The position numbers and the translations under genes are program-made. A stretch of DNA of 32,000 bases from Pseudodesulfovibrio mercurii (GTDB lineage Bacteria; Desulfobacterota; Desulfovibrionia; Desulfovibrionales; Desulfovibrionaceae). Below, in pieces: positions 1-9,063 of this stretch. Location of the stretch: assembly GCF_000189295.2 (NCBI RefSeq), contig NC_016803.1, positions 2,490,001 to 2,522,000 on the forward strand. Direction: 5' to 3'. A model generated the notes under the pieces. The model had not been told where the DNA came from and made no database searches. It saw only the letters and a program-made list of their open reading frames with translations. Numbering within the stretch: the first letter of the stretch is position 1; each line of letters opens with the position of its first letter.

Positions 1-239
1 TCGAGGATTTCCCCTTCTCGGTGGAGACCTGGGACGGGTGCTGCGCCCTGTGCGGGGCCACGGACAGCTACCTGGACGAGGTCATCCTCAACGACGCGGG
101 CGAGCGCATGTTCGTCTGCTCGGACACCGACTACTGCGCCACCCGCCGCGCCCAGGGGCACACCGGCCCCATGGCCGACCGCGAGGAGCTGGCCGAACTC
201 ACGGGCAAGCGGCCCGGCAAGGAGGGAAGCAAGGCATGA
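1..239 (+). CDS. phnJ: C-P lyase core subunit PhnJ, 3' fragment (5' end lies outside the window)
   Basis: Frame 3 is open from the window edge to TGA 237-239. The translation ...[45 protein letters not shown]... carries the C-terminal cysteine cluster (CxxC ... CSDTDYC) characteristic of PhnJ. The stop overlaps the phnK start (ATGA). Confidence 0.85.
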   Translation, partial: EDFPFSVETWDGCCALCGATDSYLDEVILNDAGERMFVCSDTDYCATRRAQGHTGPMADREELAELTGKRPGKEGSKA

Positions 240-1018
240 CCACTGTGCCGCAACCCATGATCCGCGTGCGCGGCATCACCAAGAAATACGGCGAGATGAT
301 CGGCTGCCGGAACATCTCCTTCGACCTCTGGCCCGGCGAGGTCATGGGCATCGTGGGCGAGTCCGGCTCGGGCAAGTCCACCCTGCTCGGCTGCCTGTCC
401 GGGCGCATGGAACCGACCTCCGGGTCGGTCCGCTACGCGTCCCGCGAGTTCGGCGAGATCGACGTGCACGGCTGCGCCGAGCCCGTCCGGCGCAAGCTGC
501 TGCGCACCGAGCTGGGCGTGGTCCACCAGAACCCGCGCGACGGGCTGCGCCTGGGCGTGACGGCCGGGGCCAACCTGGGCGAACGGCTCATGGCCGTGGG
601 CGCGCGCCACTACGGGAACATCCGGGCCGAGGCCCTCAGGTGGCTGGCCGAGGTGGAGATCGAGGCCGGGCGCATCGACCACTTTCCCAAGACCTTTTCC
701 GGCGGCATGCAGCAGCGTCTGCAGATCGCCTGCAACCTGATCACCCAGCCCAGGATCGTGTTCATGGACGAGCCCACGGGCGGCCTGGACGTGTCGGTCC
801 AGGCGCGGCTGCTGGACCTCCTGCGCAACCTGGTCTCGCGCCTGGGGCTGTCGGTCATCATCGTCACCCACGACCTGGCCGTGGCCCGGCTCCTGGCCCA
901 CCGGCTGATGGTCATGCAGGGCGGCGAGGTGGTCGAGACCGGGCTGACCGACCAGGTCCTGGACGATCCCCAACACCCCTACAGCCAGCTGCTGGTCTCC
1001 TCGATCCTGCAAGCCTAG
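236..1018 (+). CDS. phnK: C-P lyase system ATP-binding protein PhnK
   Basis: ATG 236 overlaps the phnJ stop. Walker [13 protein letters not shown] signature FSGGMQQR, Walker [12 protein letters not shown]. No membrane partner, and it sits between phnJ and phnL. Confidence 0.85.
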   Translation: MTTVPQPMIRVRGITKKYGEMIGCRNISFDLWPGEVMGIVGESGSGKSTLLGCLSGRMEPTSGSVRYASREFGEIDVHGCAEPVRRKLLRTELGVVHQNPRDGLRLGVTAGANLGERLMAVGARHYGNIRAEALRWLAEVEIEAGRIDHFPKTFSGGMQQRLQIACNLITQPRIVFMDEPTGGLDVSVQARLLDLLRNLVSRLGLSVIIVTHDLAVARLLAHRLMVMQGGEVVETGLTDQVLDDPQHPYSQLLVSSILQA

Positions 1019-1026
1019 GAGCTTCC

Positions 1027-1721
<695 letters not shown>

Positions 1722-1725
<4 letters not shown>

Positions 1726-2888
1726 CCCGCGAACGCATCCTCAAGAACGCCCGCATCGTCCTGCGCGACGAGATCATGACCGGCGCGGTCCGGCTGGCGG
1801 ACGGGGTCATCACGTCCATCGACCCCGGCACGTGCAACGTGACCAACGCCGAGGACATGGGCAACGACTACCTCCTGCCCGGCTTCGTGGAGCTGCACAC
1901 CGACAACCTGGAGCAGGAGTTGGAGCCCCGGCCGGGCGTGTTCTGGCCCGATCCCCTGGCCGCGGTCCTGGCCCACGACAACACCATGGCGGGCGCGGGC
2001 ATCACCACGGTCCTCGACGCGGTGTCGCTCGGCGAATACCACGACGGACCCAAGCGCGCGCAGATGATGGACCTGTCCCTCAAGGCCCTGCGGCGGGCCC
2101 GGGCCACGGGCATCCTGCGGGCGGACCACCGGCTGCACCTGCGCTGCGAATTTTCCGACCCCAAGGTCCTGGACATGCTCCGGCCGCACATAGACGACCC
2201 GGTGCTCATGCTCGTCTCGCTCATGGACCACACGCCGGGCCAGCGCCAGTTCACGGACACGGACAAGTACCGGACATACTACAAGAAAGGCTGGAGCGAC
2301 GAGGAGTTCGCCGAGATCGCCCGGCGTCTGCGGGCCACCCAGGCGGCCTGCGCCGCGAGCAACCGACAGGCCATCGTGGACCTGTGCCGCGCGCGGACCA
2401 TCCCCATGGCCAGCCATGACGACACCCTGCCCGAGCACGTGGCCCAGGCCGTGGCCGAGGGCATGGCCATCGCCGAGTTCCCGACCACGCGCACGGCCGC
2501 CCGGCTGGCCCGCGAACACGGCATCCGTATCGTCATGGGCGGCCCCAACCTGGTCCGGGGCGCGTCCCACTCGGGCAACGTCTCGGCCCGCGAACTGGCC
2601 GAGGCCGGGCTCCTGGACATCATCTCCTCGGACTACGTACCCGGCAGCCTGGTGGCCGGGGCCTTCGCCCTGCACCGCCAGACCGGCCTGTCCCTGCCCG
2701 ACGCCGTGGCCCGGATCAGCGCCAACCCGGCCGACGCCGTGGGTCTGACCGACCGGGGGCGCATCGCCTGCGGCCTGCGCGCGGACCTGGTCCGGGTGCG
2801 CGAGATCGAGGGCGTGCCCGCCGTGTTACGGACGTGGTCGGTCGGATGTTCGGGGAAGCTCGAAATCACAACAAAAAACGCGGCCTGA
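1722..2888 (+). CDS. phnM: PhnM, alpha-D-ribose 1-methylphosphonate 5-triphosphate diphosphatase (amidohydrolase fold)
   Basis: ATG 1722 overlaps the phnL stop (ATGA). ELHTDNLE metal-binding motif, MASHDD and SSDYVP motifs, ~388 aa, position after phnL. The ORF-track start at 1140 is an artefactual upstream extension. Confidence 0.85.
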
Positions 2889-2912
2889 TTGTTACGGCGG
2901 CAAGCGACGATT

Positions 2913-2936
2913 CCGTCAAACCGTCACCCGGTCACC
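2913..2936. promoter_or_regulatory. Three tandem 8-bp units (CCGTCAAA CCGTCACC CGGTCACC) in the phnM-phnC spacer; possible regulator binding site
   Basis: Read directly from the sequence. Located ~110 bp upstream of the phnC ATG. Function not established. Confidence 0.25.
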
Positions 2937-3043
2937 ATACCCCCGTTGCAGGGACCGTGTAGACCCTTCACGGTGAGGGAAGCCGTCGTCTCCGGACCGG
3001 GCCTTCCCCGAAAACACCCAAAAGATCGAGTCGGGAGGCTTCC

Positions 3044-3865
3044 ATGAAATCCATCGACATCCGCAAGCGGCAGCAGCGCGAGGCCATCCAGGCCAAGGGG
3101 CTGAGCAAGGTCTACCCCAACGGCACCGTGGCCCTCAGGGACGTGTCCGTGACCGTCAACGCGGGCGACTTCTGCGTCGTCATCGGGCTGTCCGGGGCCG
3201 GAAAATCCACGCTGCTGCGCTGCATGAACCGGCTCATCCGGCCCACCCAGGGGTCCATCGCCCTGTTCGGCGAGGACGTCACCCGAGTCAACGGCGGGCA
3301 GCTTCGCCAGGTGCGCCGCCGCGTGGGCATGATCTTCCAGCAGTTCAACCTGGTGCGCCGCCTGACCGTGCTCGACAACGTCCTGGTCGGCCGCCTGCGC
3401 TTCAACGCCCACCCGGTCAAGCGCTGCCTGTCCATGTTCCGCCAGTTCCCGAAGGACGAGCGGGAGTTCGCCTTCGACTGCCTGCAACAGGTGGGCATCG
3501 GGGACCTGGCCTTCCGCCGGGCCGACGCTCTGTCCGGCGGCCAGCAGCAGCGCGTGGCCATCGCACGCGCCCTGGCCCAGGAGCCCGAGGTCTTCCTGGC
3601 CGACGAGCCCATCGCCAGCCTGGACCCGCGCAGCTCCGAGACGGTCATGCGGATCCTGGCCAGGATCCACGAGGACAAGGGCATCCCGGTGCTCGTGAAC
3701 CTGCACCACATCGACTTCGCCCAGCGCTACGGCAAGCGCATCCTGGGCATGTCCAAGGGCGAACTGATCTTCGACGGCACGGCCCGCGACCTGGACGCCG
3801 AGACCGTGTCCCGCATCTACGGCGACAAGGCGGAGGAGGCCCTGGAAGAGCTTTCGGCCGCCTGA
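3044..3865 (+). CDS. phnC: Phosphonate ABC transporter ATP-binding protein PhnC
   Basis: GGGAGG RBS at 3034-3039. Walker [10 protein letters not shown], signature [15 protein letters not shown], Walker [12 protein letters not shown]. Followed by phnD and phnE. Confidence 0.9.
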   Translation: MKSIDIRKRQQREAIQAKGLSKVYPNGTVALRDVSVTVNAGDFCVVIGLSGAGKSTLLRCMNRLIRPTQGSIALFGEDVTRVNGGQLRQVRRRVGMIFQQFNLVRRLTVLDNVLVGRLRFNAHPVKRCLSMFRQFPKDEREFAFDCLQQVGIGDLAFRRADALSGGQQQRVAIARALAQEPEVFLADEPIASLDPRSSETVMRILARIHEDKGIPVLVNLHHIDFAQRYGKRILGMSKGELIFDGTARDLDAETVSRIYGDKAEEALEELSAA

Positions 3866-3939
3866 TCCATAACGGCAGCGAACCGGCCGCCGATCGGCAA
3901 GTACTGCATCAACCTCAACGACTCACAGGAGATTTCCCC

Positions 3940-4824
3940 ATGCTCTCGAAACTGTCCAAAGTGCTCATGATGGCGGCCCTGGTCCTGACCGTGGCCCTGC
4001 CCGGCCTGGCCAACGCCGGCCCCTCGGAATGGCCCACCACCCTGAAGCTCGGCTTCATCCCCACCGAAGGCGCGGCCGACTCCGCCAAACGGGCCAAGCC
4101 CATCGCCGCCCAGCTGGAAAAGGACCTCGGCGTCAAGGTCGAGATCTTCACCGCCTCCGACTACAACGGCATCCTGACCGCCATGGCCAACAAGCACATC
4201 GACCTGGCCTACTACGGCCCCAAGAGCTACGTGGAGGCCACCGAGAAGGCCAACGCCGAAGCCATCGTCATGGAGCTGAACAAGGACGGCCAGCCCGGCT
4301 ATACCGGCATCATCATCACCAGGAAGGATTCCGGCATCACCGACATGGACAAGGCCAAGGGCAAGACCTTCGCCTTCACCGATCCCAACTCCACCTCCGG
4401 CTACCTGGTGCCCAACGTCATCTTCGCCCGCGACATGAAGATCGACCCCGAGAAGTACTTCGCCGAAGTGCGCTTCTCCGGCTCCCACGGCGCGTCCATC
4501 CTGGCCGTCAAGAACGGCTCCATCCAGGTGGCGGCCACCAACAACATCGACATGGACCGCATGATCGAGAAGGGCGCCGCCTCCCTGGACGACTTCAACA
4601 TCATCAAGCGTTCCGACATGATCCCCGGCGCGCCCATCGCCGTGCGCAAGGACCTGCCCGAGAGCCTGAAGTGCGCCATCGCCGGTTCCCTGCTCAAGAT
4701 CAACGATGATCCCGAGGCCCTGGAAATCCTCCAGAACGGCGGCTACCGCCACACCTCGGACAAGGACTACGACATGGTCCGCTACCTCAAGCGCCTCAAG
4801 GCCGAACTGGCCAAGAAGAAGTAA
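3940..4824 (+). CDS. phnD: Phosphonate ABC transporter substrate-binding protein PhnD
   Basis: AGGAG RBS. N-terminal signal peptide (MMAALVLTVALPGLANA). LKLGFIPTE ... FTDPNSTSGYLVP motifs typical of PhnD-family binding proteins. Confidence 0.9.
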   Translation: MLSKLSKVLMMAALVLTVALPGLANAGPSEWPTTLKLGFIPTEGAADSAKRAKPIAAQLEKDLGVKVEIFTASDYNGILTAMANKHIDLAYYGPKSYVEATEKANAEAIVMELNKDGQPGYTGIIITRKDSGITDMDKAKGKTFAFTDPNSTSGYLVPNVIFARDMKIDPEKYFAEVRFSGSHGASILAVKNGSIQVAATNNIDMDRMIEKGAASLDDFNIIKRSDMIPGAPIAVRKDLPESLKCAIAGSLLKINDDPEALEILQNGGYRHTSDKDYDMVRYLKRLKAELAKKK

Positions 4825-4826
4825 CG

Positions 4827-5927
4827 ATGACCGATCTGACACTCGATCAGGTCACCCCCAGGCGGAGCTTCCCGCAGAAGCTCGCCCTGGGGGGCCTGGT
4901 GACCATCATCCTGGCCGTGCTCGTGGCCTCGTACATCTCCACGGACATCGACCCGTTCAAGCTGTACGCCAAGCGCCAGAACGCCTTCGAATACCTGTTC
5001 GGCAGACAACTCAACGACGCCGACAAACAGGCGGCCCTGGACCAGGCCAAACGGCTGCCCGCCATCATCGCCTTCGAGGAGTCCTACCAGGCGGTCAAGG
5101 CGGAATACACGGCCACCGGCAAGACGCTCGACCCCGTGGCCATGCAGCGCGAGGCCCAGAAACGGGCCGACGCCCACATCAAGGCCATGAGCCCGGCGGA
5201 CCGCGAGCGTATCGTCCGGAGCGAATACGACCGCATCGCGGACGAGAAGTCCGGTGGCTACTTCCCGCCCGAAACGGCCTGGCCGCACCTCCTGGAATAC
5301 TCCAAGGCGCTCATCGAGACCGTGGCCATCGCCATCTGGGGCACGCTCATCGCCTTCATCGCGGCCATCCCCATGGCCATGTTCGCGGCCAGCAACACCC
5401 TGGAACTGATGGTCCAGGGCGACGGAATCTGGCAGCGCGCACTGCGCTGGTTCGGCCAGTTCGCGGCCCGGCGCGTGCTCGACTTCTGCCGCGGCTTCAA
5501 CGAATTCGTCATGGCCCTCATCTTCGTGGCCGTCATCGGGCTCGGCCCCTACGCGGGCGTCCTGGCCCTGGCCATCCACACCTTCGGCATCCTGGGCAAG
5601 GTCTTCTCCGAGGCCATCGAACAGATCGAACCCGGCCAGGTGGAGGCCGTCACCGCCTCGGGCGCGGGCCCGGCCCAGATTATGGCCTTCTCCGTCATCC
5701 CGCAGGTCATGCCGCTCATCGTCAGCTATACCCTGCTGCGCTTCGAATCCAACGTCCGCTCCGCCACCATCCTCGGCTTCGTGGGCGCGGGCGGCATCGG
5801 CTTCCTCATGTTCGACAAGATCAACGGCTACCTCTACCGCGAAGTCTGCACCATGATGATCATGGTCATCATCTCCGTCACCCTCATCGACTACCTCTGC
5901 GGCATCCTGCGCCGAAGGTTCGTGTAG
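4827..5927 (+). CDS. phnE: Phosphonate ABC transporter permease PhnE (with a long N-terminal extension)
   Basis: ATG lies 2 nt after the phnD stop. Multi-TM C-terminal half with an EAIEQIEPGQVEAVTASGA EAA-loop motif. A ~140-aa charged region follows the first TM. Confidence 0.85.
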   Translation: MTDLTLDQVTPRRSFPQKLALGGLVTIILAVLVASYISTDIDPFKLYAKRQNAFEYLFGRQLNDADKQAALDQAKRLPAIIAFEESYQAVKAEYTATGKTLDPVAMQREAQKRADAHIKAMSPADRERIVRSEYDRIADEKSGGYFPPETAWPHLLEYSKALIETVAIAIWGTLIAFIAAIPMAMFAASNTLELMVQGDGIWQRALRWFGQFAARRVLDFCRGFNEFVMALIFVAVIGLGPYAGVLALAIHTFGILGKVFSEAIEQIEPGQVEAVTASGAGPAQIMAFSVIPQVMPLIVSYTLLRFESNVRSATILGFVGAGGIGFLMFDKINGYLYREVCTMMIMVIISVTLIDYLCGILRRRFV

Positions 5928-5946
5928 GGAGACGCCTCCGGCGGCC

Positions 5947-6001
5947 GGGGGAAGGGGAGAGGGAAACCCTTTGAAAAGGGTTTTCCCTCTCCCCTTCCCC
6001 C
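5947..6001. repeat. Long near-perfect inverted repeat (26/27-bp arms, GGGGGAAGGGGAGAGGGAAACCCTTT / AAAGGGTTTTCCCTCTCCCCTTCCCCC) just after the phnE stop
   Basis: Arms differ by a single A. The core AACCCTTTGAAAAGGGTT recurs at 6219-6236 and, as a variant, at 23070-23088. It may also act as the phnE terminator hairpin, though there is no T-run. Confidence 0.8.
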
Positions 6002-6014
6002 GGACCCCCATCCC

Positions 6015-6241
6015 CTCTCCCTTCCTAAACTTTTTGGCGCCGCTGCGCGGGGTCGTAGCGCGTAAAATCACCAATTTCCCCACCGTCCCGACACGTCGCC
6101 CTGACACACTTCCTTTTCCCTCGCCCCTCCCGGCGGCGCGAACCCTCCGGGACACCGCCTGTCCCGCGCCCGCACGCCCCTGCCGAAGGCACACAAAAAG
6201 TTTGGGAGAGTCCAGAGAACCCTTTGAAAAGGGTGCTCTGG
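6015..6241. repeat. MITE-like repeat element, copy 1 (TIR-like ends 6015-6050 and 6180-6213), plus a flanking palindrome at 6212-6241
   Basis: Left end CTCTCCCTTCCTAAACTTTTTGGCGCCGCTGCGCGG resembles the reverse complement of the right end (GGACTCTCCCAAACTTTTTGTGTGCCTTCGGCAG). A homologous inverted copy lies at 23064-23247. No coding capacity is apparent. Confidence 0.55.
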
Positions 6242-6436
6242 TCCCCCCGACAAATCCGCAGGACAGCGGATTTGGACCGCGCCTGGAAAGGCGCGACCCC
6301 GCAGGGGTGAGCCCCAGGACGGGGCGAATCAAGGGGCCGCCGGAGGCTTCCCCCCGCTCTGCCTCTCCGTCGCCCCCCATGTGCGCCCTGTTGCAGTTGG
6401 TTGCGACCACCGCCGGGGGCGCGTATAGGTGCTGGT

Positions 6437-7153
6437 ATGAAATTCGTGGGCGTGGACGGATGCAGGGCCGGTTGGTGCGCGGCGTGGGTGGCGGACGGCC
6501 GGTGGGACGTGGGCGTGTATCCGTTGTTCGCGGACCTGTGGAGCGAGCACGAGGATGCCGAGAGCGTGCTGGTGGACATCCCCATCGGGCTGGCGGACGA
6601 CGCGAACCGGCGGGCCGAGGGGCTGCTCCGGGCGAGGCTCGGCCCGAGAAGGAACAGCGTGTTCAATACGCCCGCCAGGGCGGCCCTCCATGCCGGGTCC
6701 AAAGCGGCGGCAAAGGCAAGCAACCGAAAAGCCGCCGGTAAGTCCTTATCCGAACAATCATTGGGCATTATGAACAAGATTGCGGAAGTGGATATATTTC
6801 TGGTCGACCATCCCGAGGCTGTGGAAAAGGTGTTCGAATCGCACCCGGAGCTGTGCTTCGCCATGGCCGGGGGAGCGCCCATGGGGTATGCCAAGCGGGA
6901 CACGCCCGGGGTGGTGGAGCGGTACGACATCCTGCGGCGGTTCGTGCCGGACGTGCGCGGATTGCTGGACCGGGTGCGCGGGACGCATCCGGCATCGAAG
7001 GTGGCCGGGGACGACGTGTTCGACGCGTTGATCCTGGCCGTGAGCGGGCGGCGGGGCGCGGGCGGACGGCTCCGGTCCCTGCCCGATCCCGTGGAGCGGG
7101 ACGCCGCCGGGCTGCCCATGGCCATCTGGTACGCGGAATTCGACAACCAATGA
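6437..7153 (+). CDS. DUF429-family protein (function unknown)
   Basis: ATG 6437. The N-terminus MKFVGVDGCRAGWCAAWV matches the G(I/V)DGC+GGW start typical of DUF429 proteins. Good G/C3 bias. The ORF-track start at 6401 is an upstream extension. Confidence 0.6.
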   Translation: MKFVGVDGCRAGWCAAWVADGRWDVGVYPLFADLWSEHEDAESVLVDIPIGLADDANRRAEGLLRARLGPRRNSVFNTPARAALHAGSKAAAKASNRKAAGKSLSEQSLGIMNKIAEVDIFLVDHPEAVEKVFESHPELCFAMAGGAPMGYAKRDTPGVVERYDILRRFVPDVRGLLDRVRGTHPASKVAGDDVFDALILAVSGRRGAGGRLRSLPDPVERDAAGLPMAIWYAEFDNQ

Positions 7154-7160
7154 GGTTTGC

Positions 7161-8477
7161 ATGATCGAGCATATGTTGCGCGCCGCCCGAGGGGCGGCAT
7201 GGCTATTGTTGGCCGGTCTGGTCCTGGCCCTGGGGGCGTGCGTGAAGAGCGGCCCCGGCATGCGGGCGGACGCGGTGGAGACGCCGGACCTGTCCGTGAC
7301 CTTCCTGCCGCAGAAGGGCGAGTTCATCTCGGCCTACGGCGCGCCGCTCTCCCTGGGCGCGGTCAAGGCCATGGCCGAGGGGTGCGACTACGTCCTCATC
7401 GGCGAGGGGCACCGCAACCCGGTGGACCACCGGGTGCAGCAGGAGCTGCTGGAGGCCCTCTCGGACAACGGCGACGGGCTGTCCCTGGGCCTGGAGATGG
7501 TCGGCGCGGACAGGCGGCAGGAGCTGGACGACTTCTGCGAAGGCCGGGTGACCCTGGAGGAGCTGCCCGGCGAGCTGGATTGGAAGGAGAACTGGGGCTA
7601 TGATTTCGGGCTGTTCCGCGACCATTTCGCCATCGCCAAGCGCAACGGCGTGCCCGTGGCCGGGCTGAACGTGCCGTCCGGGGTGGTCCGCAAGATCATG
7701 AAGGACGGACTCGACGGGCTGAGCGACGAGGAGAAGGCGTGGCTGCCCGGGGAGATCGTGCCGCCCGCCACGGACCAGCGCGCCTTCCTGGACGCGGTTA
7801 TGGCCATGCACAAGGGCAAGGACGCCGGGGACGAGAAGGAGCGCGAGCGGTTCTACCTGGTCCAGTCCATCTGGGATTCCAAGATGGCCGAGGAGGCCGT
7901 GCGGCTGCGCAAGCAGTATGACTGGCCCGTGCTGGTGGTGGCCGGGTCCGGGCACGTGGAATACGGCTGGGGCATCGCCAAGCGCATCCGCTGGTTCGAC
8001 CCGGCGGCGCGCATCCTGACCATCGTGCCGTGGCGCGGCGGTCCGTTCGACTCCGAGGCCGGGGACGTGTTCTTCTATGCGCCGGAAACCTACCGTTCAC
8101 GCATGGGCATGGTCCTGTCCGGCCAGGCGGACGGCATCCTGGTGGAATCCGTGTCCAGGGGCTCGCGCGCGGACCGGGCCGGGCTGCGGCCTGGCGACAT
8201 GCTCATCGAGGCCTCGGGCGTTCCGCTCCTGGGGCTGTTCAGCCTGCACGTGGCCGGGACCACGGCGCACGACGCGGACGAGCCGCTGATCTTCACGGTC
8301 CGGCGCGGCGGCGATATCTTTGACGCGGACCTGGGCAAGCTCGGCACCACCCGGCCCAAGGCCAAGGCCGCGCCCAAGGTCGCGGTCGAACCCATGACGG
8401 AATCCAAGGGAGAGTCGGGGGCGCAGGCCCAGCCTGAACCCGCGGCCGCCGAGACGCCGAAAACGGGGGGCAAATAG
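7161..8477 (+). CDS. ChaN-like (Tiki/haem-binding-uptake superfamily) lipoprotein with C-terminal PDZ domain
   Basis: Lipobox LALGAC. YVLIGEGHRNPVDH ... VVAGSGHVEYGWGI motifs resemble the ChaN family. PDZ-like GILVESVSRGSRADRAGLRPGDMLIEASG. Low-complexity K/A/P/E tail. Confidence 0.7.
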   Translation: MIEHMLRAARGAAWLLLAGLVLALGACVKSGPGMRADAVETPDLSVTFLPQKGEFISAYGAPLSLGAVKAMAEGCDYVLIGEGHRNPVDHRVQQELLEALSDNGDGLSLGLEMVGADRRQELDDFCEGRVTLEELPGELDWKENWGYDFGLFRDHFAIAKRNGVPVAGLNVPSGVVRKIMKDGLDGLSDEEKAWLPGEIVPPATDQRAFLDAVMAMHKGKDAGDEKERERFYLVQSIWDSKMAEEAVRLRKQYDWPVLVVAGSGHVEYGWGIAKRIRWFDPAARILTIVPWRGGPFDSEAGDVFFYAPETYRSRMGMVLSGQADGILVESVSRGSRADRAGLRPGDMLIEASGVPLLGLFSLHVAGTTAHDADEPLIFTVRRGGDIFDADLGKLGTTRPKAKAAPKVAVEPMTESKGESGAQAQPEPAAAETPKTGGK

Positions 8478-8963
8478 ATGCGCCGCGCCTGCCTGACCCT
8501 GCTGTGGGTGCTCGCGCTGGCCGCGCCCCTGGCCGCCGGCACCACCGACGACCTGTCCGAACTGTTTCCCGCTTCCGTTGGGCCGCTTGAGCGCGTGGGG
8601 CTCGTCACCGGGGACGAGGCCCAGACCGAGGTGGACAAACTGCACGGCAAGGCGCTCCGGGCCGAGGCCAGCGCCATCGCCCACTATGCGGAGCAGGGCG
8701 GCAGGCCCGCCGAGGCGTGGGTCTCGCGGGTCGCGTCCGAGGCCGAGGCGCGCCGCCAGACCGGGCTCATGGTCCACAAGATGTTCGAAAACCCCCGGTC
8801 GCCCTTCAGCCACCCGTCCAGGGTGGACCACAACGGCGTGGCCGTGTACCGCTTCACCGGCATGGGCCGGGCGCACCTCATCTGGTACGCGGGCGACCTG
8901 GTCTGGTGGGTCAGCGCGGACCCGGATCGGGAGCGGGACTTCCTCGACGCCCTGTGCCGCTAG
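8478..8963 (+). CDS. Secreted hypothetical protein
   Basis: ATG directly abuts the upstream TAG. Signal peptide MRRACLTLLWVLALAAPLAAG. Coding-like G/C3 bias. No family recognised. Confidence 0.55.
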   Translation: MRRACLTLLWVLALAAPLAAGTTDDLSELFPASVGPLERVGLVTGDEAQTEVDKLHGKALRAEASAIAHYAEQGGRPAEAWVSRVASEAEARRQTGLMVHKMFENPRSPFSHPSRVDHNGVAVYRFTGMGRAHLIWYAGDLVWWVSADPDRERDFLDALCR

Positions 8964-8983
8964 ACCGGCCGGGCACGGGAAAC

Positions 8984-9030
8984 GGCGCAGCCGGGGACGA
9001 TGTGTCCTCCCCGGCTGCGCCGCTTTTTTT
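8984..9030 (+). terminator. Rho-independent terminator between the convergent plus-strand operon and the RND gene
   Basis: 14-bp perfect stem GGCGCAGCCGGGGA (8984-8997) / TCCCCGGCTGCGCC (9008-9021), followed by GC and T7 (9024-9030). Confidence 0.8.
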
Positions 9031-9063
9031 CGATCAGTCTAGACTTTCTCTAAATAACCTGGA

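Noticed and set aside
2889-3043. A Pho box or sigma-54 promoter upstream of phnC. A sigma-54 promoter was also sought upstream of the DUF429 gene, the MATE gene and the epimerase gene.
   Set aside because: No match to the CTGTCAT-N4-CTGTCAT Pho-box periodicity, and no match to TGGCAC-N5-TTGC, was found by eye in these spacers.
5971-7200. ORFs 5971..6741 (+) and 6025..7200 (-) across the repeat spacer and the DUF429 gene.
   Set aside because: Their composition is P/R/G/S-rich. They run through palindromic repeats, have no RBS, and the in-frame part overlapping 6437-7153 is out of frame or antisense to the better-supported DUF429 ORF.
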